64,000 nt of DNA from an uncultured Alphaproteobacteria bacterium (GTDB taxonomy: Bacteria; Pseudomonadota; Alphaproteobacteria; VGEJ01), in NCBI GenBank assembly GCA_913041535.1, contig CAJWJK010000001.1, positions 267,557-331,556 of the forward strand. Reading direction: 5' to 3'. The notes under the pieces were generated by a model. The model saw only the letters and a program-made list of their open reading frames with translations, had not been told where the DNA came from and ran no database searches. The position numbers and the translations under genes were made by a program. This document shows, one piece after another, positions 22,796 through 31,095 of this stretch; within the stretch, counting starts at the first letter, position 1, and every line of letters starts with the position of its first letter.

Positions 22796-23444
22796 AGGAT
22801 TTAGGTGGTGGTAACCCAGGTATGTGATCCGCAAGGATCGGGCGTAAACTGGGCCGAGATTTGATGCGAGCATACCAATCTCGCGCTCCTGGATGATCGT
22901 CCCAAGGCACATCGCCAAGGTAGTCAAGTGCAGAGAGGTGAGCAGCTGCGGTGATATCGGCAAGACTTATATTATCGCCACTAAGCCAACGCCGGCGCTC
23001 ACATAAATAGCCAATATATTCGAGGTGGTAGCCAATATTTGTCTTGCCGGCACGAATAGCGTGTGTGTTTGGGGAGCCTCTGCCAAGAAATCGCTTATCA
23101 AATTTCTCACTGAGCAAATTTTCTGTCACCTCTACATTAAATTTTGTGCTGAACCACATTATTAATCGTCGCGTTTCGGCACGAGCTAGAGCTGTATCAC
23201 CCAGTAAACTTGGTTCAGGGTATGCCTCATCGAGATATTCACAGATGACAGTACTGCCGGGTAATACTGTGCCGTCAGCCTCCAGCAATACCGGTACTTC
23301 TCCCGCAGGATTTAGTTTGAGGAAACTCTCACGTCGTTCCCATTCCTTTTCGATAATTAGTTCAAACTCGAGTTGTTTCTCAGCAAGCATTATTCGAACT
23401 TGACGGCAAGCCGGTGATAACCACAAATGATATAACTCACGCAT
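22776..23444 (-). CDS. fzlA: Glutathione S-transferase family protein, FzlA-like (FtsZ-binding)
   Basis: LNPAGEVPVL, SLADITAAAHLSALDYLGDVPW and the C-terminus WYARIKSRPS...YANLDF; lies between queG and uppP. Confidence 0.8.
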   Translation of the reverse strand: MRELYHLWLSPACRQVRIMLAEKQLEFELIIEKEWERRESFLKLNPAGEVPVLLEADGTVLPGSTVICEYLDEAYPEPSLLGDTALARAETRRLIMWFSTKFNVEVTENLLSEKFDKRFLGRGSPNTHAIRAGKTNIGYHLEYIGYLCERRRWLSGDNISLADITAAAHLSALDYLGDVPWDDHPGARDWYARIKSRPSLRPILADHIPGLPPPKSYANLDF

Positions 23445-23559
23445 AACACGGCACTCTACACGAATGACCCGAACGCCCACCAGGTGTTGATATCTGAAAT
23501 GTGAAGTTTTTCTGTAATGCTGTACGGTTAGGGGCCAAATATTGTAATTTGTTTATTCT

Positions 23560-24360
23560 ATGAGCTTTATTCATCTCATTGTCTTGGCGGTGATCCAAGG
23601 TATCACCGAATTTCTGCCCATAAGTTCATCGGGGCATCTTGTTCTTGTTCCTAGAGTAATAGGTTGGCCGGATCAGGGTTTAGCAATAGATGTGGCTGTG
23701 CACGTTGGCAGTTTATTGGCTGTGATGACCTATTTCTTTCGAGACATTCTTTCCATATTGAAAGGTGTGCCTATCCTTTTTGTAGACGTCCATCACAAGG
23801 ATTCGCGTCTCGTTCTGAATTTGCTCATTGCGACTGCTCCTATCCTTGTGGTCGGTGGCGCGTTCCAACTGATTGGAATAATGGATGCGTTTCGAAGTAT
23901 TTCTGTCATTGGGGCGACAATGCTTGGTTTCGGGATACTACTTTATGTGGCAGATAAATTTGGAATGACCGTAAATAAACTTGAAAACATGAGGTATCGA
24001 ACTTCAGTACTTATTGGTTTGAGCCAAGTTCTAGCACTTATACCTGGAACCAGCCGTGCGGGTATATCTATCACAGCTGCAAGGCTGCTGGGTTATGAGC
24101 GCTATGATGCCGCCCGTTTTTCTATGTTGATGGCTATACCGGCAATAACTGGTGCTGGAACAGTGCAGGGCTATGCTCTTTGGCAGAGCGGCGACACAAT
24201 ACTGGGTTATCAGGCCGCGATTGCCGCATTGTTGGCGTTTGTGTCAGCTTTGGTGGCTATATCGGCGATGATGGCATGGTTGCGTCGCGCAAGTTTTACA
24301 CCTTTTGCAATTTATCGAGTTATTCTGGGGAGTATACTTCTTGTGTGGGCATGCTGTTAA
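23560..24360 (+). CDS. uppP: Undecaprenyl-diphosphate phosphatase
   Basis: QGITEFLPISSSGHL and ALIPGTSRAG motifs. Confidence 0.97.
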   Translation: MSFIHLIVLAVIQGITEFLPISSSGHLVLVPRVIGWPDQGLAIDVAVHVGSLLAVMTYFFRDILSILKGVPILFVDVHHKDSRLVLNLLIATAPILVVGGAFQLIGIMDAFRSISVIGATMLGFGILLYVADKFGMTVNKLENMRYRTSVLIGLSQVLALIPGTSRAGISITAARLLGYERYDAARFSMLMAIPAITGAGTVQGYALWQSGDTILGYQAAIAALLAFVSALVAISAMMAWLRRASFTPFAIYRVILGSILLVWACC

Positions 24361-24378
24361 TTGTTACGCCATGGCAAT

Positions 24379-25314
24379 TTATCCGGCGTTTCCAGGTTGG
24401 CAGAATCGGCTTATATACGTAGGCAATATGCCTTCGACTGGGGTAGATAAGATGCCTAAATCATCGAGCGTGTGAGAAGTTATTGATGCAATATTGTCGA
24501 ACTCTAGAGACCGCACTTGGTCGTCAGTAAGAGGAGGTACAGGCAAAAACTTACATAATTGTCCAATGATTCGCGCTTGCCAAAAGGGCAACGGCACAAG
24601 AAGCCTTTGTCGTTTAGTCGTTATCAGGACTAATTGCATCAGTTCCCTGAAGGTGTATACGCGTGGGCCACCCAATTCGTATATATGCTCCGATTGCGTG
24701 TCACGGTAAAGGCAGTGAAATATTGCATCTGCAACATCACCTACATAAACAGGTTGGATGCGAGTTTTACCGCCACCAATTAGCGGTATAAATGGTGAAA
24801 TTCGAGCAAGCGCGGCAAACCGGTTAAAGAAGTTGTCTTCAGGTCCAAACACAATACTAGGACGAACAACTATTGCGTTTTGATAAATATTTTTAACAGC
24901 CTGCTCACCTAAAGCCTTAGAACGTAAGTATTTTGATGTCGAATGTCTTGTTGCTCCCATTGCAGAGATGTGAATTAATCGAGATACTCCTGCCTTGTGG
25001 GCGGCGGTCGCAATATTTGCAGCACCTTCCACATGGACGGATTGGAATGTTTGACGTCTTTTTTCGTAAAGAATGCCAACTAGATTGACCACGCTATCAG
25101 CACCATTGATAGCATGTTCTACAGAACGCTGGTCTCGGATGTTTGTGAGAATTGGGGCAATCTGCCCCACATTACCCATAGTTTGTAAATGGCGTATCGA
25201 CTCAGGGTGCCGTGTTGCTACGCGAATGCGGGCATGAGCTTGGGCAAGTCGTTGAATCAGATGTCGACCGATAAAACCATGGCCACCAAATACAGTAATT
25301 GTGTGTGTCGACAT
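24379..25314 (-). CDS. NDUFA9-like NAD(P)-dependent SDR
   Basis: VFGGHGFIG, VNLVGIL.E, SKY.RSKA.GE, RPSIVFGPEDNFFN and QPVYVGDVA. Confidence 0.9.
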   Translation of the reverse strand: MSTHTITVFGGHGFIGRHLIQRLAQAHARIRVATRHPESIRHLQTMGNVGQIAPILTNIRDQRSVEHAINGADSVVNLVGILYEKRRQTFQSVHVEGAANIATAAHKAGVSRLIHISAMGATRHSTSKYLRSKALGEQAVKNIYQNAIVVRPSIVFGPEDNFFNRFAALARISPFIPLIGGGKTRIQPVYVGDVADAIFHCLYRDTQSEHIYELGGPRVYTFRELMQLVLITTKRQRLLVPLPFWQARIIGQLCKFLPVPPLTDDQVRSLEFDNIASITSHTLDDLGILSTPVEGILPTYISRFCQPGNAG

Positions 25315-25450
25315 TGGCACCTCAAACTGAAAGATATTTTACGATTTTCCGAAGATTTTTCATATGCAACTATTGATAAACTAGTACCATGATAGAGTGT
25401 TGTTCGAGGACAGCAAGCGGGGATTGAGTGAGTAACCAGCTATATGGCCG

Positions 25451-25479
25451 TTGACACAGGACTGATACCACCGTACCAG
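25451..25479 (+). promoter_or_regulatory. Putative sigma70 promoter for tRNA-Leu-rnd-kdsD-lpt
   Basis: Perfect TTGACA at 25451, N17, then TACCAG. The -10 lacks the -7T, which is common in alphaproteobacterial promoters. Confidence 0.4.
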
Positions 25480-25527
25480 TTTTGGGAAAATTATGGAGTT
25501 CTGAAATCGTACCTATCGTTAGTCGAA

Positions 25528-25614
25528 GCCCAGGTGGCGGAATTGGTAGACGCGCTAGCTTCAGGTGCTAGTGACCTTTTGGTCGTGGAAGTTCGAGTCT
25601 TCTCCTGGGCACCA
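25528..25614 (+). tRNA. tRNA-Leu (anticodon CAG)
   Basis: GCCCAGG/CCTGGGC-A-CCA acceptor; anticodon arm CTAGC-TT CAG GT-GCTAG; variable arm; GTTCGAGTC. Confidence 0.96.
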
Positions 25615-25675
25615 GTGCTTCGATTTGAGTGCTATAATAGGATAGAGAACAATAGAATACACTACAGGTTGAAAT

Positions 25676-26302
25676 ATGAACGTAGAACTACATAAAGGAG
25701 ACTTGAGTAGCGGGGTTAACTTTGGTGACTCTGTGGCAGTAGATACTGAAACAATGGGGCTTAATCCGCTTCGTGATCGTCTGTGCCTTGTTCAATTATC
25801 GGATTCCCGAGGAAATTGTCATATTGTGCAATTCATTCGCAGTTCTGCGCACGAATCCAATTACACAGCGCCTAATTTGAAAGCACTTCTTGGTAATCAA
25901 AACGTAGTGAAACTCTTTCACTATGCACGCTTTGACGTAGCTACCATCGCGCATCATTTGGGTGTTTGGTGTGAACCAATATACTGTACCAAGATTGCAT
26001 CAAAAATAGCGCGCACTAATTCCGATAGTCACGGTCTTAAGGATCTATGCAAGAATCTCCTGGGCGTGGAGCTTTCAAAAAGGATGCAGTTGTCGGACTG
26101 GGGTAACGATATATTAACAGAAGAACAGATTGATTATGCAGCAGATGATGTGCTCTATCTTCACAGTTTGCGTGAGAAATTGGATGCTTTACTTCTAAGA
26201 GAAGGACGTGTGGATCTGGCACGGTTTTGTATGGACTTTGTTCCGACTAGGGCGCGATTAGACCTCGAGGGATGGCAGGGGATAGATATACTTGGGCACT
26301 GA
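25676..26302 (+). CDS. rnd: Ribonuclease D-like 3'-5' exonuclease
   Basis: DEDDy motifs AVDTET, FHYARFD, SDW and YAADDV. Confidence 0.9.
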   Translation: MNVELHKGDLSSGVNFGDSVAVDTETMGLNPLRDRLCLVQLSDSRGNCHIVQFIRSSAHESNYTAPNLKALLGNQNVVKLFHYARFDVATIAHHLGVWCEPIYCTKIASKIARTNSDSHGLKDLCKNLLGVELSKRMQLSDWGNDILTEEQIDYAADDVLYLHSLREKLDALLLREGRVDLARFCMDFVPTRARLDLEGWQGIDILGH

Positions 26303-27296
26303 CTCAATAAACAAGTCGTTGCATGGAGAGCAACAGGGGACCGTTCCACCGGATATTGGTGTGGCGCGCACGGTGTTGGCTATTGAATCGGAAGGCCTAA
26401 GAAAACTAGCAGTGGCATTGGATCAACGGTTTGTTGATGCTGTAGACACTCTTTTTCGCGCCGAAGGGCGGGTAGTGGTGAGCGGCATGGGTAAGAGCGG
26501 TCATGTGGCTCGAAAAATAGCAGCTACAATGGCGTCAACAGGAACGCCAGCGTTTTATCTGCATCCCGCTGAAGCGAGCCACGGCGATCTCGGCATGATC
26601 GACCGAGTTGATGATGTGGTGCTGATTCTTTCTAATTCTGGTGAAACTCCCGAACTGGCGGCGGTTGTCTCTCATTGTAAACGTTTCGGACGCCCTTTGG
26701 TCGCCATTGTAGGTAAGTCGCATAGTACCCTCGCTGATGCAGCAACTACTGCTCTGGTTATTCCATCGACACCGGAAGCAGGTCCTATTGGTCTCGCTCC
26801 CACTACTTCAACGACGGTGATGATCGCCCTGGGCGACTGTCTGGCACTGGCATTAATGCGTCGCCGTGGTTTTACTGCTGATGATTTTCGACAGTTACAC
26901 CCAGGAGGGCGTATTGGGAGTTCTCTAATCAGGGTTACTGATATTATGCATACTGGTGGCGCATTGCCTCTAGTGGATTCAGATGCAGTCGTGTCGGATG
27001 CACTTCTTATCATGACTGCCAAGGCATTTGGGTGCGTCGGGGTCATAGGTGATGGACGGCTTGTAGGAGTTATTACTGATGGTGATCTGCGTAGGCATAT
27101 GAATGATGCGCTTCTAGAAAAGTTAGTAGTAGATATTATGACGCCAACACCAAAAACAATCATGCCCCAAGCACTTGCTGTAGAGGCACTTGGCATGATG
27201 AATAAGAACTCCATTACTAGTTTGTTCGCTTGTGAAAACGGTGAGGTAAAGGGGATTCTACACATCCATGATTGCCTTCGGGCAGGTTTGGTGTGA
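26292..27296 (+). CDS. kdsD: Arabinose-5-phosphate isomerase (KpsF/GutQ; SIS plus CBS domains)
   Basis: GMGKSGH, HPAEASHGDLG, APTTSTT, HPGG and ITDGDLRR. Start uncertain. Confidence 0.93.
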   Translation: MGTDSINKSLHGEQQGTVPPDIGVARTVLAIESEGLRKLAVALDQRFVDAVDTLFRAEGRVVVSGMGKSGHVARKIAATMASTGTPAFYLHPAEASHGDLGMIDRVDDVVLILSNSGETPELAAVVSHCKRFGRPLVAIVGKSHSTLADAATTALVIPSTPEAGPIGLAPTTSTTVMIALGDCLALALMRRRGFTADDFRQLHPGGRIGSSLIRVTDIMHTGGALPLVDSDAVVSDALLIMTAKAFGCVGVIGDGRLVGVITDGDLRRHMNDALLEKLVVDIMTPTPKTIMPQALAVEALGMMNKNSITSLFACENGEVKGILHIHDCLRAGLV

Positions 27297-27964
27297 GGTC
27301 CACTAGTTCTTTTCGTACAGTAAGGTTTTCAGAACCACATGGACGCCAGTCGTTTAGTGAACTGAGCAACTACAGCCGATTTGTTGGTTTAATGAAATTT
27401 GGGCTTGTTACACTGGCCGTTGCGCTTTTGGGAGTATTCGTGGCTTGGCCAGGCGCTAACGATGATCCGCACGAATTTCGGCTCTCGTATGCAAAAATTG
27501 ATGCTAGTGATTTAAACCAACTTGGTATGGTAAATGCACGTTACGTTGGGACCGATGAGGAGAATAGGCAATACATGGTAACCGCTGATTCTGCTAGGGC
27601 GGACCCCGGGGATCAAACCCTTGTTCGTCTCAAGACTCTTCAAGCCGAAATGACACAGGTTGATCAAACATGGGTTACTTTACTTGCAGACCATGGCATT
27701 TATGACATTGATGATAAAACGTTGGTTCTTTCTAAGAAGGTAAATTTATTCTCAGATAGTGGTTATGAATTTCATACGCAAGATACACGCGTTGATCTAG
27801 AGTCGGGTAGTGCTTCAAGTGATTCTCCCATTACAGGGCAGGGACCGTTTGGTACTCTTCGTGCCGATAGTTTTCGTTTGGCAGATAGAGGCTCAAGGAT
27901 GTTTTTTGAGGGTGGTGTCCACGTAACTATTTATATCAAATCTGAGCGAACAGATGGAAGTTAG
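27293..27964 (+). CDS. lptC: LPS export protein LptC
   Basis: Single N-terminal TM (YSRFVGLMK..L) plus a beta-rich domain; lies between kdsD and lptA; GTG start overlaps the kdsD stop (GTGA). Confidence 0.85.
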   Translation: MRSTSSFRTVRFSEPHGRQSFSELSNYSRFVGLMKFGLVTLAVALLGVFVAWPGANDDPHEFRLSYAKIDASDLNQLGMVNARYVGTDEENRQYMVTADSARADPGDQTLVRLKTLQAEMTQVDQTWVTLLADHGIYDIDDKTLVLSKKVNLFSDSGYEFHTQDTRVDLESGSASSDSPITGQGPFGTLRADSFRLADRGSRMFFEGGVHVTIYIKSERTDGS

Positions 27965-28510
27965 GTGGTCGGCTTGGGTCTAAAAAAGGCTATGTTAGTC
28001 GCTGTTCCAGCTTTGGTAATGAGTACCTATGTTGTTCACATGCCAACTCAAGCGGATTCATTTACTGCAGTAGACTCGTCTGAGCCTATAGAAATAACCT
28101 CTGATGCTTTGGAGATAGAACAGAAGAGAGGATTAGCTATTTTTACGGGAAGCGTTGTGGCTTCTCAGGGAAATTTAATTCTGCGTGCCGAAGTCGTTAC
28201 AGTATACTATGGAGACCATCTTGATAATCAAACAGGAGAGCCTCTCCAAGGGCAAATTTCAAAAATTGAGGCAAGTGGTGATGTGTTCTTTTCAACTCTT
28301 GAGGAGACGGCGAGGAGCGAAAAAGGTATCTATAATGTAGAAGGGGAAAAAATAACCTTGTCTGGTGGGGTTGTGCTAACGCGAAGAGACAATGTGCTGC
28401 GTGGCGAACTCTTGGAGCTAGACCTCAAGACGGGGCGAAGCAGGCTCTATGGCGGTCAAAAGAAATCTGATCGTGTTAAGGCTTTGTTTTCGTCGGACGA
28501 ATCAGAATGA
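27965..28510 (+). CDS. lptA: LPS transport periplasmic protein LptA
   Basis: Signal peptide, PIEITSD.L, FTGSVVA.QG, NVLRGE.L and RVKALF. Confidence 0.88.
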   Translation: MVGLGLKKAMLVAVPALVMSTYVVHMPTQADSFTAVDSSEPIEITSDALEIEQKRGLAIFTGSVVASQGNLILRAEVVTVYYGDHLDNQTGEPLQGQISKIEASGDVFFSTLEETARSEKGIYNVEGEKITLSGGVVLTRRDNVLRGELLELDLKTGRSRLYGGQKKSDRVKALFSSDESE

Positions 28511-28552
28511 TAACGGTGACTATTCTGTAATTTTCGGTGATATAGTGATTCT

Positions 28553-29374
28553 ATGGGGACGACGAAGGCAATGCCAAAAGACGATGTAGACCATAGACAC
28601 GTGCAGCCTGAAGAGAGTGACCTCGCTGGAGGTCCGCGTTTGGTTTCCGAGAACAATGGGCTGGCAGTGCACCAAGTCAGTAAGCAGTTCAAGAGGCGGC
28701 CCGTACTAAGGGGAATTAGTTTATCAGTACAGCGAGGAGAGGTGGTAGGTTTATTAGGCCCCAATGGGGCTGGAAAAACTACATGCTTCTGCATCATGTC
28801 TGGACTGGTGTCGCCTGATTCCGGTGAGATTGTTCTTGATGGGCGTGATATCACTGAACTACCAATGTATCGACGGGCTCGTCTTGGCGTTGGTTATCTT
28901 CCACAGGAAGCTTCAATTTTTAGAGGTCTTTCGGTAGAAAATAATCTAAGGGCAGTGCTCGAAATTACAGAATCAGCTCATGACCGCCGCGAAGCTCTGT
29001 TGGAAGAACTTCTGGCTGAGTTCTCAATATCTCATCTTCGCCGTGCACCCGCACTCGCTCTGTCGGGTGGTGAGAGGAGGAGAGTGGAGATAGCTCGTGC
29101 ATTGGCGTCAAACCCTAGTTTTATGCTATTGGATGAGCCTTTAGCTGGCATTGATCCAATAGCAGTGAGCGAGATTCGTGAGCTTGTATTGCATCTAAAG
29201 GACCGGGGTATCGGCGTGCTTATCACAGATCATAACGTGCAAGCGACGCTTGATATTGTTGATCGAGCATCTATCTTGCATGATGGAGCTGTGATGATGG
29301 AGGGCTCTCCGTCTGAGATCGTTGCTCATGAGGATGTACGGCGGGTTTACCTCGGCGAAAAATTTAGTCTTTGA
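28553..29374 (+). CDS. lptB: LPS export ABC ATPase LptB
   Basis: GPNGAGKTT, GYLPQEASIFR, LSGGERRR, LLDEP, LITDHNV and VYLGEKF. Confidence 0.97.
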   Translation: MGTTKAMPKDDVDHRHVQPEESDLAGGPRLVSENNGLAVHQVSKQFKRRPVLRGISLSVQRGEVVGLLGPNGAGKTTCFCIMSGLVSPDSGEIVLDGRDITELPMYRRARLGVGYLPQEASIFRGLSVENNLRAVLEITESAHDRREALLEELLAEFSISHLRRAPALALSGGERRRVEIARALASNPSFMLLDEPLAGIDPIAVSEIRELVLHLKDRGIGVLITDHNVQATLDIVDRASILHDGAVMMEGSPSEIVAHEDVRRVYLGEKFSL

Positions 29375-29553
29375 GCATGGCTAGAAAGTTTCTGTAAAGT
29401 TTTGGGTCAACGTGTCATAAAACGGTTGATCGATAGGTGAATTCAAGTGGTGCTAACATTAACACCTTGCGAGCTTTAATAGATTGCAGATTGGGTTTAC
29501 CTAACGGATGGTGAATCTTCATATAAGTTGCGGATTAGGATGAGGTATTAGAA

Positions 29554-30795
29554 GTGCCTTTTGGACTAATTAAACATGGATTAGCAAAGACATACCCATT
29601 TCGGCGTGACATTCCAGCGCCACATGAACTTAAGGATTCATATGATGTCGTTATTATTGGCGGTGGCGGGCACGGTCTTGCGACGGCATATTATCTTGCC
29701 CAGAAGTTCGGGATAGACAATGTCGCAGTCCTTGAGAAGGGTTATTTAGGGGGAGGTAATACTGGCCGAAATACGGCTATTATTCGCTCGAATTATCTGA
29801 CTACCGAAGGTGTCCGATTTTATGATGAGTCGGTTCGTCTGTACCGAGAGCTAAGCAATGAACTCGATTTTAATATCCTTTATTCGGAGCGTGGGCACCT
29901 AACTTTAGCACACACAGATTCAGCACTGCGAAGCATGCGTTGGCGTGCTGAGGTTAACAAGCATCTGGGAGTGGAATCTGAATTGGTTTTTCCGGATGAT
30001 ATCGCCAAATTGTGTTCCTGTCTTAATCTTTCTGACGATGTCCGATACCCCATTCTTGGGGCACTTTACCATGCACCGGGTGCGATTGCTCGACACGACG
30101 CTGTAGCTTGGGGGTATGCCGCTGGAGCTTCGCGTCACGGAGTGGAACTTCATCAAGAGACAGAAGTTCTATCAATGGACATTTCAGACAATGCAGTGAC
30201 AGGCATTGTTACCAATCGCGGGCGAATTAAGTGCGGGTATATTGTTCAGGCTGTCGCGGGCTTCAGTTCCTTACTTTCTAAGATGGCAGGGTTTCAGCTT
30301 CCAATAAGAACAATTCCATTGCAGGCATGCGTCTCTCAGCCGCTCAAACCTATTCTTGACCCGATCGTGGTTTCGGGCAGTCTTCACGTATATGTATCCC
30401 AAAGTGACCGTGGCGAATTTGTGATGGGAGGGTCCACTGACCCATACCCACTTTATTCAACTCGTTCAAGCCTGGAGTTTATGGAAGGACTGATGGCGCA
30501 CATTCTGGAATTGTTTCCTTTTCTGTCCGAAACAAAGGTTTTAAGGCAATGGGCTGGCATGGCAGATATGACGCCGGACTTTGCACCCATAATGGGGCTG
30601 AGTCCGGTTAGCAATTACTACATAGATGCGGGTTGGGGGACGTGGGGATTCAAGGCAACTCCCGTGTGTGGTTTGAGGATGGCAGAGTTGGTAGCGACCG
30701 GCATAGTTCCTGATGTATTGCGTCCTTTTGCCCTTGGTAGGTTTTCCGCGTTTGACCTCGTTGGAGAGAAGGGTGCGGCATCAGTTGGGCATTAA
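29554..30795 (+). CDS. mgdA: N-methylglutamate dehydrogenase subunit A (sarcosine oxidase beta-like)
   Basis: GGGGHG FAD motif, GGNTGRNT.IIRSNY, GWGTWGFKATP and C-terminal EKGAASVGH; context of mgs/gmaS. Confidence 0.85.
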   Translation: MPFGLIKHGLAKTYPFRRDIPAPHELKDSYDVVIIGGGGHGLATAYYLAQKFGIDNVAVLEKGYLGGGNTGRNTAIIRSNYLTTEGVRFYDESVRLYRELSNELDFNILYSERGHLTLAHTDSALRSMRWRAEVNKHLGVESELVFPDDIAKLCSCLNLSDDVRYPILGALYHAPGAIARHDAVAWGYAAGASRHGVELHQETEVLSMDISDNAVTGIVTNRGRIKCGYIVQAVAGFSSLLSKMAGFQLPIRTIPLQACVSQPLKPILDPIVVSGSLHVYVSQSDRGEFVMGGSTDPYPLYSTRSSLEFMEGLMAHILELFPFLSETKVLRQWAGMADMTPDFAPIMGLSPVSNYYIDAGWGTWGFKATPVCGLRMAELVATGIVPDVLRPFALGRFSAFDLVGEKGAASVGH

Positions 30796-30811
30796 GTAAG
30801 AGATATAGACG

Positions 30812-31093
30812 ATGAAGATTATGAATTGCCCTCTTAATGGGCCGAGAAATATTTCAGAGTTTATCTTTGGAGGTGAGGTAATAAATGAACCGGATCCTAC
30901 TGCTTGTTCCGATGAAGATTGGGCCAATTATGTATTTATTGAAAATAATACGGCTGGCGTTGTACAGGAATGGTGGTTCCATGTAGCAACGGCTTTCTGG
31001 TTTATAGCAGAACGTGACACACGAACTGACGAAATTATTTGTACCTATTCTCCAAAACGGGTTCATGATAAACAGGAAGAGAGGGGTGTCTGA
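30812..31093 (+). CDS. mgdB: N-methylglutamate dehydrogenase subunit B (SoxD-like)
   Basis: MKIMNCPLNGPRNISEF (CPLNG rather than SoxD CPxCG), EWW.H and ERDTRTDEI. Confidence 0.85.
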   Translation: MKIMNCPLNGPRNISEFIFGGEVINEPDPTACSDEDWANYVFIENNTAGVVQEWWFHVATAFWFIAERDTRTDEIICTYSPKRVHDKQEERGV

Positions 31094-31095
31094 CC

